Shown here: positions 1 to 8,696 of the stretch, in pieces
How positions within the stretch are numbered: the stretch's first letter is position 1
Layout: every line of letters starts with the position of its first letter
Virus record (IMG/VR): IMGVR_UViG_3300044972_002389
Span: 186,001 to 250,000 of that record
Length of the DNA: 64,000 nucleotides
Direction: 5' to 3' (one strand)
Notes under the pieces: model-generated
Databases searched by the model: none
Seen by the model: the letters and a program-made list of their open reading frames with translations, nothing else
What the model was told of the DNA's origin: nothing
Program-made: the position numbers and the translations under genes

Positions 1-2
1 AG

Positions 3-206
3 GCCACTCGAGGCATCTACAACGAGTTCCTGCGAGGCGACCTCGAGCCTCATCGCAAGGTGTTTGAGGTGCTAGGCAACAAGACCAAGTGTGCACCCTC
101 AGATCAGCAACTCAGTGGCGTGGGCTTCTCACGTGGACGCAACGACGAGGTCACTGTGCGAGTCTCAACCAACAACTCAACTCGTGCCTACAACATCATT
201 TTTTGA
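3..206 (+). CDS. C-terminal fragment of a conserved phage hypothetical protein (runs off the window edge)
   Basis: Manual translation of frame 3: ATRGIYNEFLRGDLEPHRKVFEVLGNK...QLSGVGFS...YNIIF*; not in the ORF track because there is no start codon. Confidence 0.7.
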   Translation, partial: ATRGIYNEFLRGDLEPHRKVFEVLGNKTKCAPSDQQLSGVGFSRGRNDEVTVRVSTNNSTRAYNIIF

Positions 207-219
207 AAGGACACCCAAC

Positions 220-624
220 ATGAACGATCTTTTTGTTACCGCTTCTCGACAGGCTTGGCGCTTTCCCAGCACTCGTGGCGAGCTCACCACCGAGCAACTG
301 TGGAGCATGCCACTCCTAGCCAAGAATGGCTTTGACCTCAACTCCGTGGCTCGGGGCCTCAACCAAGAGGTCAAGGACCTAGGCGAGGAAAGCTTTGTGG
401 AAACACGGAGCAACCCTGCTCGCTCCACTGCTGAAGGCAAGCTGGAACTGGTCAAATCCATCATCGCTGTGCGACAGGAAGAGAACCGGCTGGCCGAGCA
501 GCGTGCCCAGCGTGCTGTGGAGCGTGCTCGCATCCTGGATGCACTGGCAGCTCGCGAATCCGAAGAGCTCACCAAGGCCAGCAAGGATGAGCTGCTGGCC
601 CGCCTGGCCCAGCTGGACGGCTGA
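220..624 (+). CDS. conserved phage coiled-coil hypothetical protein
   Basis: AAGGA RBS before ATG 220 (MNDLFVTASRQAWRFPSTRGELTTEQLWSMPL); start shortened from the track's 91. Confidence 0.75.
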   Translation: MNDLFVTASRQAWRFPSTRGELTTEQLWSMPLLAKNGFDLNSVARGLNQEVKDLGEESFVETRSNPARSTAEGKLELVKSIIAVRQEENRLAEQRAQRAVERARILDALAARESEELTKASKDELLARLAQLDG

Positions 625-630
625 TTGCTC

Positions 631-663
631 AAGTGAGGGGTGTGACCGTGCCCCTCACTTTTT
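631..663 (+). terminator. intrinsic terminator
   Basis: AAGTGAGGGG...CCCCTCACTT hairpin followed by a T run. Confidence 0.8.
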
Positions 664-666
664 CTC

Positions 667-694
667 TTGACTCAGTCTATGTCTGTGCTACTAT
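667..694 (+). promoter_or_regulatory. early sigma70-type promoter
   Basis: TTGACT-16 bp-TACTAT with TGC extension. Confidence 0.75.
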
Positions 695-721
695 GCCTAT
701 TGACACGCAAGAGGTGAGAAC

Positions 722-1417
722 GTGAGCCTGATCAACAAGCGTATTGCAGACAGCATCCGACGCTACCCCACTCTTTATCGCTGCCGTACTGATGTGCTGG
801 AACAGTGGTTTTGTGTGATTGGCAATGGCATGGAATGGCAGGATGGACAGCTAGTGAGCATATTTGACGAGCCACCTTTGCGCACTGTGGAACAGCTGGT
901 AGCAGAAAACACCAAGTGGATGAGAGAGCGGCTGGAGGAAGATGCCAACGAGATGGATGCCTCTACTTTGGCTCGATATCGTGTGATGATCCAGCAGGAG
1001 AGCATGCGGATTAGGGCCACCGTCGAAAATGCCAATGATCTGGCACTAGTGGAGTGGAGCCACAACACACCGACCAGGCTCAGAGACAGCTTCTCAGCCA
1101 AAAGCATTTATCCTCTCTGTGCCTACAGCCGGATGAGCCAGGTGCCAGATGATGTTGACCCCGAATGGCTTGCAGCAGTGCGTGAGATGATTTTTGTAGT
1201 GTTTCGCAGTGAGCCTGACCAGTATGGATTTGACCCTGAAACCAATGCGAAACAGCACGAGGCCAACATCCAGTTTGCGAGCCAAACTTCGGCTCACTTG
1301 GCTCAACGTTTTGGTGATGGTGGTCGGCCAGCCAGCTATGAATCTTGGTGCTCACGCCAACGGGCATTCAACATCAAGGTCAAGGCAATGATTCAAGACA
1401 TTTTGACAGGAGTGTAA
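722..1417 (+). CDS. hypothetical protein
   Basis: 231-aa ORF, GAGGTG RBS, follows a promoter. Confidence 0.75.
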   Translation: MSLINKRIADSIRRYPTLYRCRTDVLEQWFCVIGNGMEWQDGQLVSIFDEPPLRTVEQLVAENTKWMRERLEEDANEMDASTLARYRVMIQQESMRIRATVENANDLALVEWSHNTPTRLRDSFSAKSIYPLCAYSRMSQVPDDVDPEWLAAVREMIFVVFRSEPDQYGFDPETNAKQHEANIQFASQTSAHLAQRFGDGGRPASYESWCSRQRAFNIKVKAMIQDILTGV

Positions 1418-1420
1418 ACC

Positions 1421-1903
1421 GTGCAAGTCAACAGTGATCAATGGTATGTGAAGTGGTTCCTATGGAACTGCAATATTCTGGACCGGTGGCTCAATCCAGG
1501 ATACGCTAGTCGACGAGTAGAGAGGGCTATGAATAAGGGCACCGACCTCTGCACCTTCTTCCGCACAATCCTGCTGGGCACCCTGGTGGCCCTGCTGAAC
1601 TTGGCTGTGTGGGCGTGGGTGGCGTTTGTGATGCTGGTGATGCCCTTCCTGCTGTTCAATGTCACAACGGTGGCCATGACTGTGGGACTTTTTGTTGGTG
1701 TGTTTGCTGCCGCTATGTTGGTGGCAACGGCTGTTGTGGGAGCACCTGAGGCCATCCGGTGGGTGGCAAGAAAGACCAGCAGCGCAGTCAAGAAAGCTCC
1801 TCAGCGTGCGCCCACATTCCTACAGGTGTTTGGGCGCTATCTCATTGGCGTCAAACAGCGTTTTTGCCCCACCATCACCATTAAGGACAACAACAATGAT
1901 TAA
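1421..1903 (+). CDS. hypothetical membrane protein
   Basis: GGAG RBS; long hydrophobic stretch (about 2 TM helices). Confidence 0.7.
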   Translation: MQVNSDQWYVKWFLWNCNILDRWLNPGYASRRVERAMNKGTDLCTFFRTILLGTLVALLNLAVWAWVAFVMLVMPFLLFNVTTVAMTVGLFVGVFAAAMLVATAVVGAPEAIRWVARKTSSAVKKAPQRAPTFLQVFGRYLIGVKQRFCPTITIKDNNND

Positions 1904-2225
1904 CATCATCCGCAACGGCAGCTTTTTGATCCCCCCAATGGGAGCAGTGGTGGCTGTGGCTGTCACCAGCCTGGCGCTGTTTTTCATGGTCCTAGGCAGC
2001 AAAGAAACTCGAGTGCGAACCTCTGACGCACGGTGTGAGGTGGGCGAAGTTGTCAGCGGCAGCGAGACCATCCGCGTCAAGCTGCTGTGTGATGAGGCGG
2101 GTGAGAAGACAGCCACCAGCACCGGCCAGGCCGAAACTGTGCTGGCCATCCTCAAAACCAACCCCGCCACTGTGGTGTGCAATGTCATGCATACTGGCTG
2201 GGCACGGGACTGCCGCGTGCCCTAA
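1896..2225 (+). CDS. hypothetical protein with N-terminal TM/signal anchor
   Basis: AAGGA RBS before ATG 1896; hydrophobic N-terminus, four Cys. Confidence 0.65.
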   Translation: MINIIRNGSFLIPPMGAVVAVAVTSLALFFMVLGSKETRVRTSDARCEVGEVVSGSETIRVKLLCDEAGEKTATSTGQAETVLAILKTNPATVVCNVMHTGWARDCRVP

Positions 2226-2237
2226 AGGATAGAGTAG

Positions 2238-2429
2238 ATGGTAAGGATCATTGGCAAGGACGAGCGGGAGATGCGGCGTGTGACCTGTCGGTTCTGCGCC
2301 AGCATTTTGGAGTACACCCAGAGCGAGACCACCACACGGTGGGTAGGAGACTACAGCGGTGACCGTGAGCAGATTAGAGAGCTGGCTTGCCCGGGATGCG
2401 GCAACAAAATTCCGGTGAAATTTTATTGA
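2238..2429 (+). CDS. small zinc-ribbon protein
   Basis: CRFC...CPGC motifs; AAGGA RBS. Confidence 0.7.
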   Translation: MVRIIGKDEREMRRVTCRFCASILEYTQSETTTRWVGDYSGDREQIRELACPGCGNKIPVKFY

Positions 2430-2438
2430 AAATTCCAG

Positions 2439-2466
2439 TTGACACCTCTGTGATTTGTGCTATTAT
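2439..2466 (+). promoter_or_regulatory. early sigma70-type promoter
   Basis: TTGACA-16 bp-TATTAT with TGC extension. Confidence 0.8.
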
Positions 2467-2590
2467 CCAGGCGTAGAGCAAAGGCTAGGTGATGCCAAAC
2501 GAGTGCCCAGACTGTGACAGCATGTGGTGCAGACAGCGTGGCTGCCAAGGCAGCATTCCACAACTTCCCCCATATGAGGAGATCCGTCCC

Positions 2591-2806
2591 ATGACCAAGC
2601 GTTTTACCATCGAGCGTGTGATCAAGGTCTATGATGAGGACACCGGTAACCACTTTTATGTGGGTCCCGATGCTGACGGACTTGATGGTATGGAGATTCG
2701 AGATGTCAATAGCGAGGGCAAGATTGACGCTCGCTTCTTCATAGGGCGCGAGCAAGCTGTGCTGGTGGCACAGGCCATCCTCGAGCTATATGGGGACAAG
2801 CAGTGA
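2591..2806 (+). CDS. hypothetical protein
   Basis: GAGGAG RBS before ATG 2591; the upstream GTG at 2489 is an alternative start. Confidence 0.65.
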   Translation: MTKRFTIERVIKVYDEDTGNHFYVGPDADGLDGMEIRDVNSEGKIDARFFIGREQAVLVAQAILELYGDKQ

Positions 2807-3039
2807 GCCGGGCTGCACTCAAGCCCAAGCTTGATGATCAGGATCTTGCAGAGATCCGCAAGGATCACGATTGGTGGATGGCAGCCGCTCCTCCCAACTG
2901 CGTGTTGATTGGGTGGACCGATCGAGAAAGCGCAGTGTTTCAACAGGGTCCTGGTCCGTTTCCCAAAACCATCACCATTCCTGGTGTGGCAGCCGAATAC
3001 ATCCACACTCTTCTCAAAGGCAAGGAACTCACACCATGA
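2803..3039 (+). CDS. hypothetical protein
   Basis: GTGA overlap with the upstream stop. Confidence 0.6.
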   Translation: MSRAALKPKLDDQDLAEIRKDHDWWMAAAPPNCVLIGWTDRESAVFQQGPGPFPKTITIPGVAAEYIHTLLKGKELTP

Positions 3040-3392
3040 GCAAGCCCAATGCTAGAGACCGGCGCACTGTTGAACGTCGTCGTGATCTTGACCAATACAG
3101 CGGACCTTACCGTCTAGAGGACCTACCTGAGCTGCAACATGGTGCTGTATTGGTTCTTGACAGCTGGTATGATGAAACCTCAGTGTATCTTGCCTGGGAA
3201 GAGCTAGAGAGTGAGGAAGAGTGGAGGGCTCGAGTCAAAAAGCTCGATGCGGCTGCTGCTCGTCGCGCCCAGAATCCCACACCACGCAAAAGCAAGGAGC
3301 AGAGGCTGCTGGAGCAGGCTCGCCAAAAGCTCACGCCAGAAGAGTTGGCTGCCTTGGTTCGAGATGCCAGGAATAGCTTGACAATGTCCTAA
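3036..3392 (+). CDS. hypothetical protein
   Basis: ATGA overlap and AAGGA RBS; start shortened from 2871. Confidence 0.65.
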   Translation: MSKPNARDRRTVERRRDLDQYSGPYRLEDLPELQHGAVLVLDSWYDETSVYLAWEELESEEEWRARVKKLDAAAARRAQNPTPRKSKEQRLLEQARQKLTPEELAALVRDARNSLTMS

Positions 3393-3405
3393 AGCCTGCT
3401 ATAGT
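3378..3405 (+). promoter_or_regulatory. early sigma70-type promoter
   Basis: TTGACA-16 bp-TATAGT with TGC extension. Confidence 0.8.
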
Positions 3406-3428
3406 GGTCACACAAACGAGGAAAGCTC

Positions 3429-3656
3429 ATGAATCACCAGCAGGACAGAGATCTACAAGTTTGGCTTGTCACGCTCGATGGAACTCAACAGGCCCATAAT
3501 GTGGTTGTTGAGCTCAAGAAACTAGGATTCTTGCAGTTGACGGTAATGGATGCAATTGGCGTGATCACCGGCAGGGCAGATCAGTCTATTGCCGAGGCAG
3601 CTCGCATCCTCCCGGGTGTTTTGGATGTGGAACCAGAAACTCCAGTGTCAGTTTGA
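3429..3656 (+). CDS. hypothetical protein (small, protease-propeptide/ferredoxin-like pattern)
   Basis: GAGGA RBS; ...GVITG...LPGVLDVEP pattern. Confidence 0.6.
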   Translation: MNHQQDRDLQVWLVTLDGTQQAHNVVVELKKLGFLQLTVMDAIGVITGRADQSIAEAARILPGVLDVEPETPVSV

Positions 3657-3677
3657 TATCTCAAGGAGTACCGGATA

Positions 3678-3896
3678 GTGCAGGACGTATTTGGTCAGGA
3701 TTTGAACGTTGGCGATAAGGTGGCTCTGACCCCGCACGGATACAAGAGCCTGGTTGTTGGCACGATTGTAGGATTCACAGCACAGCAGGTGCGAGTCAGC
3801 TATGAGCGACGACGCCGGTATGGCGATACGGAGGAGACCACAATCCTTCGACCTCCCGGTGATTTGGTCAAAGCCCCAGAACATTTTACCTCTTGA
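3678..3896 (+). CDS. hypothetical protein (SH3/KOW-like)
   Basis: AAGGAG RBS; DVFGQDLNVGDKV motif. Confidence 0.65.
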   Translation: MQDVFGQDLNVGDKVALTPHGYKSLVVGTIVGFTAQQVRVSYERRRRYGDTEETTILRPPGDLVKAPEHFTS

Positions 3897-3920
3897 CATT
3901 CAGCTCGAGTCTGCTATAAT
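3893..3920 (+). promoter_or_regulatory. early sigma70-type promoter
   Basis: Perfect TTGACA-16 bp-TATAAT. Confidence 0.85.
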
Positions 3921-3945
3921 CCCCACATCAAGCGAGGACAGCACC

Positions 3946-4215
3946 ATGTCAATCAACACCAGTGAGCTTTGGGTTGTGGTCTATATCCACAATAATCCCT
4001 ACAGCTTTGACACTGGCATGCCGGACACGGTCTACCTCAAGCGGGAGGAGGCTGAAGCTGCCTGCCGTGAGCTCAACAGCATGCCCAAAACTTTCAGTTG
4101 GGAACGCGAAAATCCCTATTCTGCTGAAAGCCTGTATGATCGCATGCTGACTATTCGGGACGAGAGTCGGCGAGAAGGTGAGCGAGACGAGCGTCGCAAC
4201 GCTGACGGCTACTAG
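3946..4215 (+). CDS. hypothetical protein
   Basis: GAGGA RBS before ATG 3946. Confidence 0.65.
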   Translation: MSINTSELWVVVYIHNNPYSFDTGMPDTVYLKREEAEAACRELNSMPKTFSWERENPYSAESLYDRMLTIRDESRREGERDERRNADGY

Positions 4216-4223
4216 GGGGAAAA

Positions 4224-4448
4224 GTGACCATCAACCGCAAGGCGTTTCAAACACCACAGAAAACTTGGCATGCAGTCAAGTGGACTCGCAAGGGGCGAGG
4301 ATCCTACACTGATTTCGAAGCGGCCAAAAGGTGGTGCAACGCTCATGCTGGAGTCTACAGAGGTGACTGGTGTTACCATTATGGCCCTTGGGAATTCAAG
4401 TTTCGCGACCCCGCTATAGCCTTGATGTTTCAACTTACATGGTGCTAG
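4224..4448 (+). CDS. small protein of the F-x-x-x-x-[DI]-A-x-x-F-x-L-x-W paralog family
   Basis: C-terminus FKFRDPAIALMFQLTWC. Confidence 0.65.
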   Translation: MTINRKAFQTPQKTWHAVKWTRKGRGSYTDFEAAKRWCNAHAGVYRGDWCYHYGPWEFKFRDPAIALMFQLTWC

Positions 4449-4449
4449 T

Positions 4450-4704
4450 ATGAAATGGGAATGGACTCTGTCCGTAGTTGCTGAGCGTGATGCCTCAGGC
4501 AAGCGTCGTCGACTTGAGGAGCATGAGACAGCCGTGGAGGTGCAAGATGGTGGACAGGCACAGCTTGTGGAGTTTGCAAACACCAGTGAGACCGGGCTGT
4601 TTGTGCGCTTGCAGAGCTGGGATGATCAGCGCGAGCATACCGAAATGGCTCAGTTGCTGAACAAGCGAGTGCGAGTCACTGTGGAGGTGCTGGACGATGA
4701 ATGA
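4450..4704 (+). CDS. hypothetical protein
   Basis: Tightly packed ORF in the operon. Confidence 0.6.
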   Translation: MKWEWTLSVVAERDASGKRRRLEEHETAVEVQDGGQAQLVEFANTSETGLFVRLQSWDDQREHTEMAQLLNKRVRVTVEVLDDE

Positions 4705-5011
4705 AGTTTCAAAGATGATTTGTGTGGGCATGATCCTGGCTTCAAAAAAGCGCAAGCCTGACAGCTTGTTTGTGGTCACGCATCTCTATCAGCGAGAGTA
4801 CGCCAATGGTAATCTCGCTGATAGAGCAACAGGATTGATAATTAGCAAAAAGCGTGACCCTGAACCTTGGCTCGAAACTCGGGCTCACGGTGCTCCCCCT
4901 CCGGGGATTGATGGGAGTGAGCTCCGCGACCTAGATGTTAGAAGTCTCGAGCAGATGTTTCCCCATGTGTGGTTTGATCCAGTTGTGCCAGAGCATGAGG
5001 AAGACAAGTGA
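4697..5011 (+). CDS. hypothetical protein
   Basis: GGAGG RBS, overlaps the upstream stop. Confidence 0.6.
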   Translation: MNEVSKMICVGMILASKKRKPDSLFVVTHLYQREYANGNLADRATGLIISKKRDPEPWLETRAHGAPPPGIDGSELRDLDVRSLEQMFPHVWFDPVVPEHEEDK

Positions 5012-5021
5012 ATTTTTCTGG

Positions 5022-5049
5022 TTGACAATCTTCTCTAGGCTGCTACAAT
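5022..5049 (+). promoter_or_regulatory. early sigma70-type promoter
   Basis: TTGACA-16 bp-TACAAT with TGC extension. Confidence 0.8.
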
Positions 5050-5075
5050 GGCGGGGCAAGCAAGGAGCTAGAGCG

Positions 5076-5231
5076 ATGGACGACCTCAGCAAACTGATTG
5101 GGCGCACTGTAGCCAAAGCCGAAATGTTTGGAGACGGTTATTTCCGGCTCACGTTTGAGGACGGAAGCGAGCTGGATGTGATGGCGCACGGCACTGAGCC
5201 GCAGTGGTTGAGTGTTGACTTCACCGATTGA
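5076..5231 (+). CDS. small hypothetical protein (paralog of 6826-6987)
   Basis: AAGGAG RBS; MDDLSKLIGRTV...LTFEDG...WLSVD. Confidence 0.7.
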   Translation: MDDLSKLIGRTVAKAEMFGDGYFRLTFEDGSELDVMAHGTEPQWLSVDFTD

Positions 5232-5256
5232 CAGAGCAGTAGCCTTCAGCTAGTAT
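5228..5256 (+). promoter_or_regulatory. early sigma70-type promoter
   Basis: TTGACA-17 bp-TAGTAT. Confidence 0.7.
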
Positions 5257-5281
5257 GCGCTACCAAAAGAGGAGTTGTGCT

Positions 5282-5590
5282 ATGCAGTTTGTTGTTATTG
5301 ATCTCAAGACTCGCTGCCTGGTGAAGCATCCGCGCACTCGGAAGGAAACCTACAGCACTGAGCGTGCTGCCAAAGCGGCGAAGACCCGCTTGACCAAAAT
5401 TGATATGGACGCCTATCTCGCAGGCAAAAAGTATCCTCGCTCCGACTATGAGGTTATGGACGAGGCAACATACAAGGCACAGGTGCCCATGCGGGAGGTC
5501 ACTAATCTTATGACGGGAGCCACCGTGCTCGAGCGTGCTGACACACCGTGGCACTGTTCAGTCGGTAGTGAGAGTTACTGGAGCAGCTGA
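5282..5590 (+). CDS. conserved phage hypothetical protein
   Basis: GAGGAG RBS; YSTERAAKAAKTR...NLMTG...DTPWHCSVGSESYWS motif. Confidence 0.75.
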   Translation: MQFVVIDLKTRCLVKHPRTRKETYSTERAAKAAKTRLTKIDMDAYLAGKKYPRSDYEVMDEATYKAQVPMREVTNLMTGATVLERADTPWHCSVGSESYWSS

Positions 5591-5591
5591 C

Positions 5592-5909
5592 GTGAGTAAA
5601 CTGGTGACAGATGGTCATGTGGCTGTGCTCTACAGCCCAGGTTTTGGATCATGTTGGTATGACCCCAGCTTTCCCTCCTGCCTAACTGATCCCGCAGTAG
5701 TAGATTGGGTGATGGCGGGAAAACCCAAAAGCCAATTGAGAGAAATTATAACCTATCTCGCTCTAGCTTACGGTGAGGAATTCGGGATTGGCGGGTTGGA
5801 TCAGCTCGCAGTCTCATGGATCCCTGAGGGCACACGGTTTGTGGTGCATGACTATGATGGCAGCGAATATATCTTGCGAGAAGATAAAATGCCGTGGAGT
5901 GTGGCATAA
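5592..5909 (+). CDS. conserved phage hypothetical protein
   Basis: VAVLYSPGFG...WIPEGTRF..HDYDGSE motif. Confidence 0.7.
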   Translation: MSKLVTDGHVAVLYSPGFGSCWYDPSFPSCLTDPAVVDWVMAGKPKSQLREIITYLALAYGEEFGIGGLDQLAVSWIPEGTRFVVHDYDGSEYILREDKMPWSVA

Positions 5910-5924
5910 TCCAGAAAAAACTGG

Positions 5925-5952
5925 TTGACTGAAACCAAAACTTTGCTAATAT
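5925..5952 (+). promoter_or_regulatory. early sigma70-type promoter
   Basis: TTGACT-16 bp-TAATAT with TGC extension. Confidence 0.75.
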
Positions 5953-6003
5953 GTGAGCACGCAAGCAGCAGGGGCTGGTTGCACAACAGGAAAGAAGGTT
6001 ACA

Positions 6004-6234
6004 ATGGGTATCAGCACTGAACTGGCTCGGAAGATCCTCTCGGACGAGATCGACATCTATGATGCGGTGGCATATGGTGAAGGCTGCACCAACGAGGAGC
6101 ATAACTACCTGCAGAACATGTATGACGAGATTGCTGCTGAGCACTTCCTGCATCGGGACGATGCCTCTGAAGAGATCATGGAACGCATCTACGATTGCAT
6201 TTATGACGACTTTGGCGAGGAGGCTGTGGCGTAA
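6004..6234 (+). CDS. small acidic hypothetical protein
   Basis: GAAGG RBS; very D/E-rich. Confidence 0.65.
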   Translation: MGISTELARKILSDEIDIYDAVAYGEGCTNEEHNYLQNMYDEIAAEHFLHRDDASEEIMERIYDCIYDDFGEEAVA

Positions 6235-6278
6235 CAGCCACACCCACCACAGCAACAAGCAGAACTGAGGTACCAAAA

Positions 6279-6560
6279 ATGAACACGCAAACTTCTGTTT
6301 CCGAATGCCTCCAGGAAGCTGACGAGGTGATCCAGAGCCTGAAGGAAGCAGGCTATGACTACAGCCACAAGCGTGCCGAGATTGCTCTGCTGTTTGATAC
6401 TCAGCTCTACAACGGCAACTGGGACTGCACCACGGACTTTGACGATGGTACCCCGGACCTCCGATTGATCCAGGAGGACGAGTATGACCAGCACATGGAT
6501 GATGAGGACAAGCCTGACTCAGTCACCTATGCTGCCGGGCACTATGTGATGCTGGCCTAG
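6279..6560 (+). CDS. small acidic hypothetical protein
   Basis: GAGG RBS; very D/E-rich. Confidence 0.65.
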   Translation: MNTQTSVSECLQEADEVIQSLKEAGYDYSHKRAEIALLFDTQLYNGNWDCTTDFDDGTPDLRLIQEDEYDQHMDDEDKPDSVTYAAGHYVMLA

Positions 6561-6570
6561 GAACACAAAA

Positions 6571-6813
6571 ATGATAGCCACCATCACACTTTGGACCATG
6601 CTGCTGTGGGCCGAATCTCGAGCATCCAGCAGTTCCTTGGAATCTACCCAGATAAATGGGTTTGCGACCCAAGAGGCGTGTTTGACCGCCCTGGCACAAA
6701 TCACCGGGATCAACAAGCGTCTCCAAAATGAGAGAGGGAGTGCAAGGTCAGGCGAGACTGGTGTGGACTTCAAGCTGACGATGTGCATTCCTGTCGAAAC
6801 TCCCAAGAGTTGA
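6571..6813 (+). CDS. hypothetical protein with N-terminal hydrophobic segment
   Basis: AGGA RBS; F.T.EAC...CIP pattern. Confidence 0.6.
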   Translation: MIATITLWTMLLWAESRASSSSLESTQINGFATQEACLTALAQITGINKRLQNERGSARSGETGVDFKLTMCIPVETPKS

Positions 6814-6825
6814 TGGAGACAGCAA

Positions 6826-6987
6826 ATGTGGGACGAAGAGCTTAGGAAGTTTGTGGGTCGCACTGTGGAGAGCATCACTCGCTATGGTGATGAGTATCTC
6901 GAGATTCGCTTTGATGATGGCACCTGTCTCACTGTGGGCTCTCGGGGCAGTGAGGAAAGTTGGCTGGATGTAGATTCTTTGGGTTGA
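6826..6987 (+). CDS. small hypothetical protein (not in ORF track; paralog of 5076-5231)
   Basis: GGAG RBS; MWDEELRKFVGRTVESITRYGDEYLEIRFDDGTCLTVGSRGSEESWLDVDSLG. Confidence 0.7.
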   Translation: MWDEELRKFVGRTVESITRYGDEYLEIRFDDGTCLTVGSRGSEESWLDVDSLG

Positions 6988-7011
6988 CCCCTGCTCAAAC
7001 CCTGCTATAGT
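6984..7011 (+). promoter_or_regulatory. early sigma70-type promoter
   Basis: TTGACC-16 bp-TATAGT with TGC extension. Confidence 0.75.
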
Positions 7012-7038
7012 GTGGTTGCAAGAGAGGAGACCGCAGAC

Positions 7039-7290
7039 ATGATGAGGGCTGTGAAAGCGTTGATGGGCTGGCGTAAGGTGGTTAATGACAGCCTTACAGA
7101 TGTGTCGTTTGGGTCAAACGGTGGAGGCGAGTGGATGGCACAGGAACTGCTCTCCATGTCAGACGCTGACCGTATCGCCCTTGCTGCCGAACTGCTGGCA
7201 GGGACGGGATACGAGACCCGGCGTACGGAGCGTGCAGGCTCTGATGTGGCGGATTTTTTGCTGTGCGGCGCTTCAATGAAGAGGGAGTAG
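7039..7290 (+). CDS. hypothetical protein
   Basis: GAGGAG RBS before ATG 7039. Confidence 0.6.
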   Translation: MMRAVKALMGWRKVVNDSLTDVSFGSNGGGEWMAQELLSMSDADRIALAAELLAGTGYETRRTERAGSDVADFLLCGASMKRE

Positions 7291-7295
7291 TAGAG

Positions 7296-7547
7296 ATGAA
7301 CCTCAGCAAGCTCAAAGTGATCCAGACCACATATGCGCTAGAGCGTGAGGACTACGTGTATCGCATTACAGTGGACGAGGATGGTTGGGTCATCATCAAG
7401 AGGACTGACTCCCAGCATCCCATGTGGACGCATGGGGCTCTCACCCAGGCTTATGACGCGGTCTGTGAAAAGTTTGTGGTGATGATCCGTGTGGAAAACA
7501 TGCGTCTCCGTCCCGATGAGGCTGAAAAAGTGCTTGCAGGGCTTTGA
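7296..7547 (+). CDS. hypothetical protein
   Basis: GGGAG RBS before ATG 7296. Confidence 0.6.
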   Translation: MNLSKLKVIQTTYALEREDYVYRITVDEDGWVIIKRTDSQHPMWTHGALTQAYDAVCEKFVVMIRVENMRLRPDEAEKVLAGL

Positions 7548-7589
7548 AGCTGGTGCTATATTGAGTTTGCACAACAGGGACACGGTGAT

Positions 7590-8021
7590 ATGGCCTACAT
7601 GAACCAAACTCGCAAGAATGAGATCACTCCTGCTGTGAAGCGTGTGCTGAGCAAGTATAAGATCAAGGGCACGCTGAGTGTGCGCAATCACAGCACCTTG
7701 GTGCTGAGCATCAAATCCGGCAGCATTGATTTCTGCCAGAATTGGTATGACAAGTGGACTGCCGAACATGCGCGCCGCCCCACTGCACATCAGCCCACAG
7801 AGGTTCCGGACCACATTGATGTGAATGTGCATCACATTGGGAGCCACTTTTCCGGACGTGCAGAAAAGTGCCTCCAGGAGTTGCTGAACGCTATGAACGA
7901 AGGCAACTGGAACCGGAGCGATGTCCAGACCGATTATTTTGACCGTGGATGGCACGTTTCAATGGGCATTGGTCGTTGGAACAAGCCCTACGTTTTTGAG
8001 AAGGTTAGCAAAGGTGTTTGA
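7590..8021 (+). CDS. conserved phage hypothetical protein
   Basis: MAYMNQ...KY.IKGTLSVRNHSTLV...SDVQTDYFD.GW...IGRWNKPY motif; upstream promoter-like TGCTATATT at 7554. Confidence 0.75.
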   Translation: MAYMNQTRKNEITPAVKRVLSKYKIKGTLSVRNHSTLVLSIKSGSIDFCQNWYDKWTAEHARRPTAHQPTEVPDHIDVNVHHIGSHFSGRAEKCLQELLNAMNEGNWNRSDVQTDYFDRGWHVSMGIGRWNKPYVFEKVSKGV

Positions 8022-8247
8022 AAAGCGTCTATGGCTGGTCAAACTCAGCTTTAGAGATGATCGTCAGAGAGAGTTGGGCACTAGTGAGTTCTCAGTGATG
8101 GCTCGAACTCATTGGGGTGCTCAGAGAGAAGTACGTCGTCAGGTAGAGATCATGCGACACAGCTATGGCCAGATGTATCCAGGCCAATCAGTGTCGATCT
8201 ACAGCACTGTGAGCCTAGGAGTTGGTGAGTTCATCTGCGTAGCCTAG
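8014..8247 (+). CDS. hypothetical protein
   Basis: GTG start overlapping the upstream gene end. Confidence 0.5.
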   Translation: MFEKRLWLVKLSFRDDRQRELGTSEFSVMARTHWGAQREVRRQVEIMRHSYGQMYPGQSVSIYSTVSLGVGEFICVA

Positions 8248-8297
8248 TTTGGAAAACATGCGCCTTAACCCTGCATTGCGATAGCGAGGAAACATAC

Positions 8298-8696
8298 ATG
8301 ACTCGAAACGAGTTTGACGGTTACATTCGGCTGGTGTTCAGCAGCGCAAGCAATTGGCGCGGCGAAGACCACATTTGGTGGCCACATGGAACCGATCTCT
8401 ACTACGAGGTCACATGGATCACAGGTGGGATGACAGGGGGCAACTGTTGGGGGGACAGTGCTGAGCACAGTGTGAGCAGTGAGCCTGAGCCCTCTCTTGA
8501 ACTGCTGGATCAATTCTTGGATGAGGTGTGCCCAGATCTCACTGCTCGGCAGTATCGCCGGCTACTTGCAGAGGTTCCTTATCGAGACAGCTACACTGAC
8601 TACGAGTATTATGGCAACCACACCACACGTGGCAAGAAGGTTGTATCCTTCAAGGACCTCTACAAGTGGTTGTGCCAGGAAGTTTGGAAGTGCTGA
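8298..8696 (+). CDS. conserved phage hypothetical protein
   Basis: GAGGA RBS; W.TGG..GGNCWG...EYYGN motif. Confidence 0.7.
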   Translation: MTRNEFDGYIRLVFSSASNWRGEDHIWWPHGTDLYYEVTWITGGMTGGNCWGDSAEHSVSSEPEPSLELLDQFLDEVCPDLTARQYRRLLAEVPYRDSYTDYEYYGNHTTRGKKVVSFKDLYKWLCQEVWKC

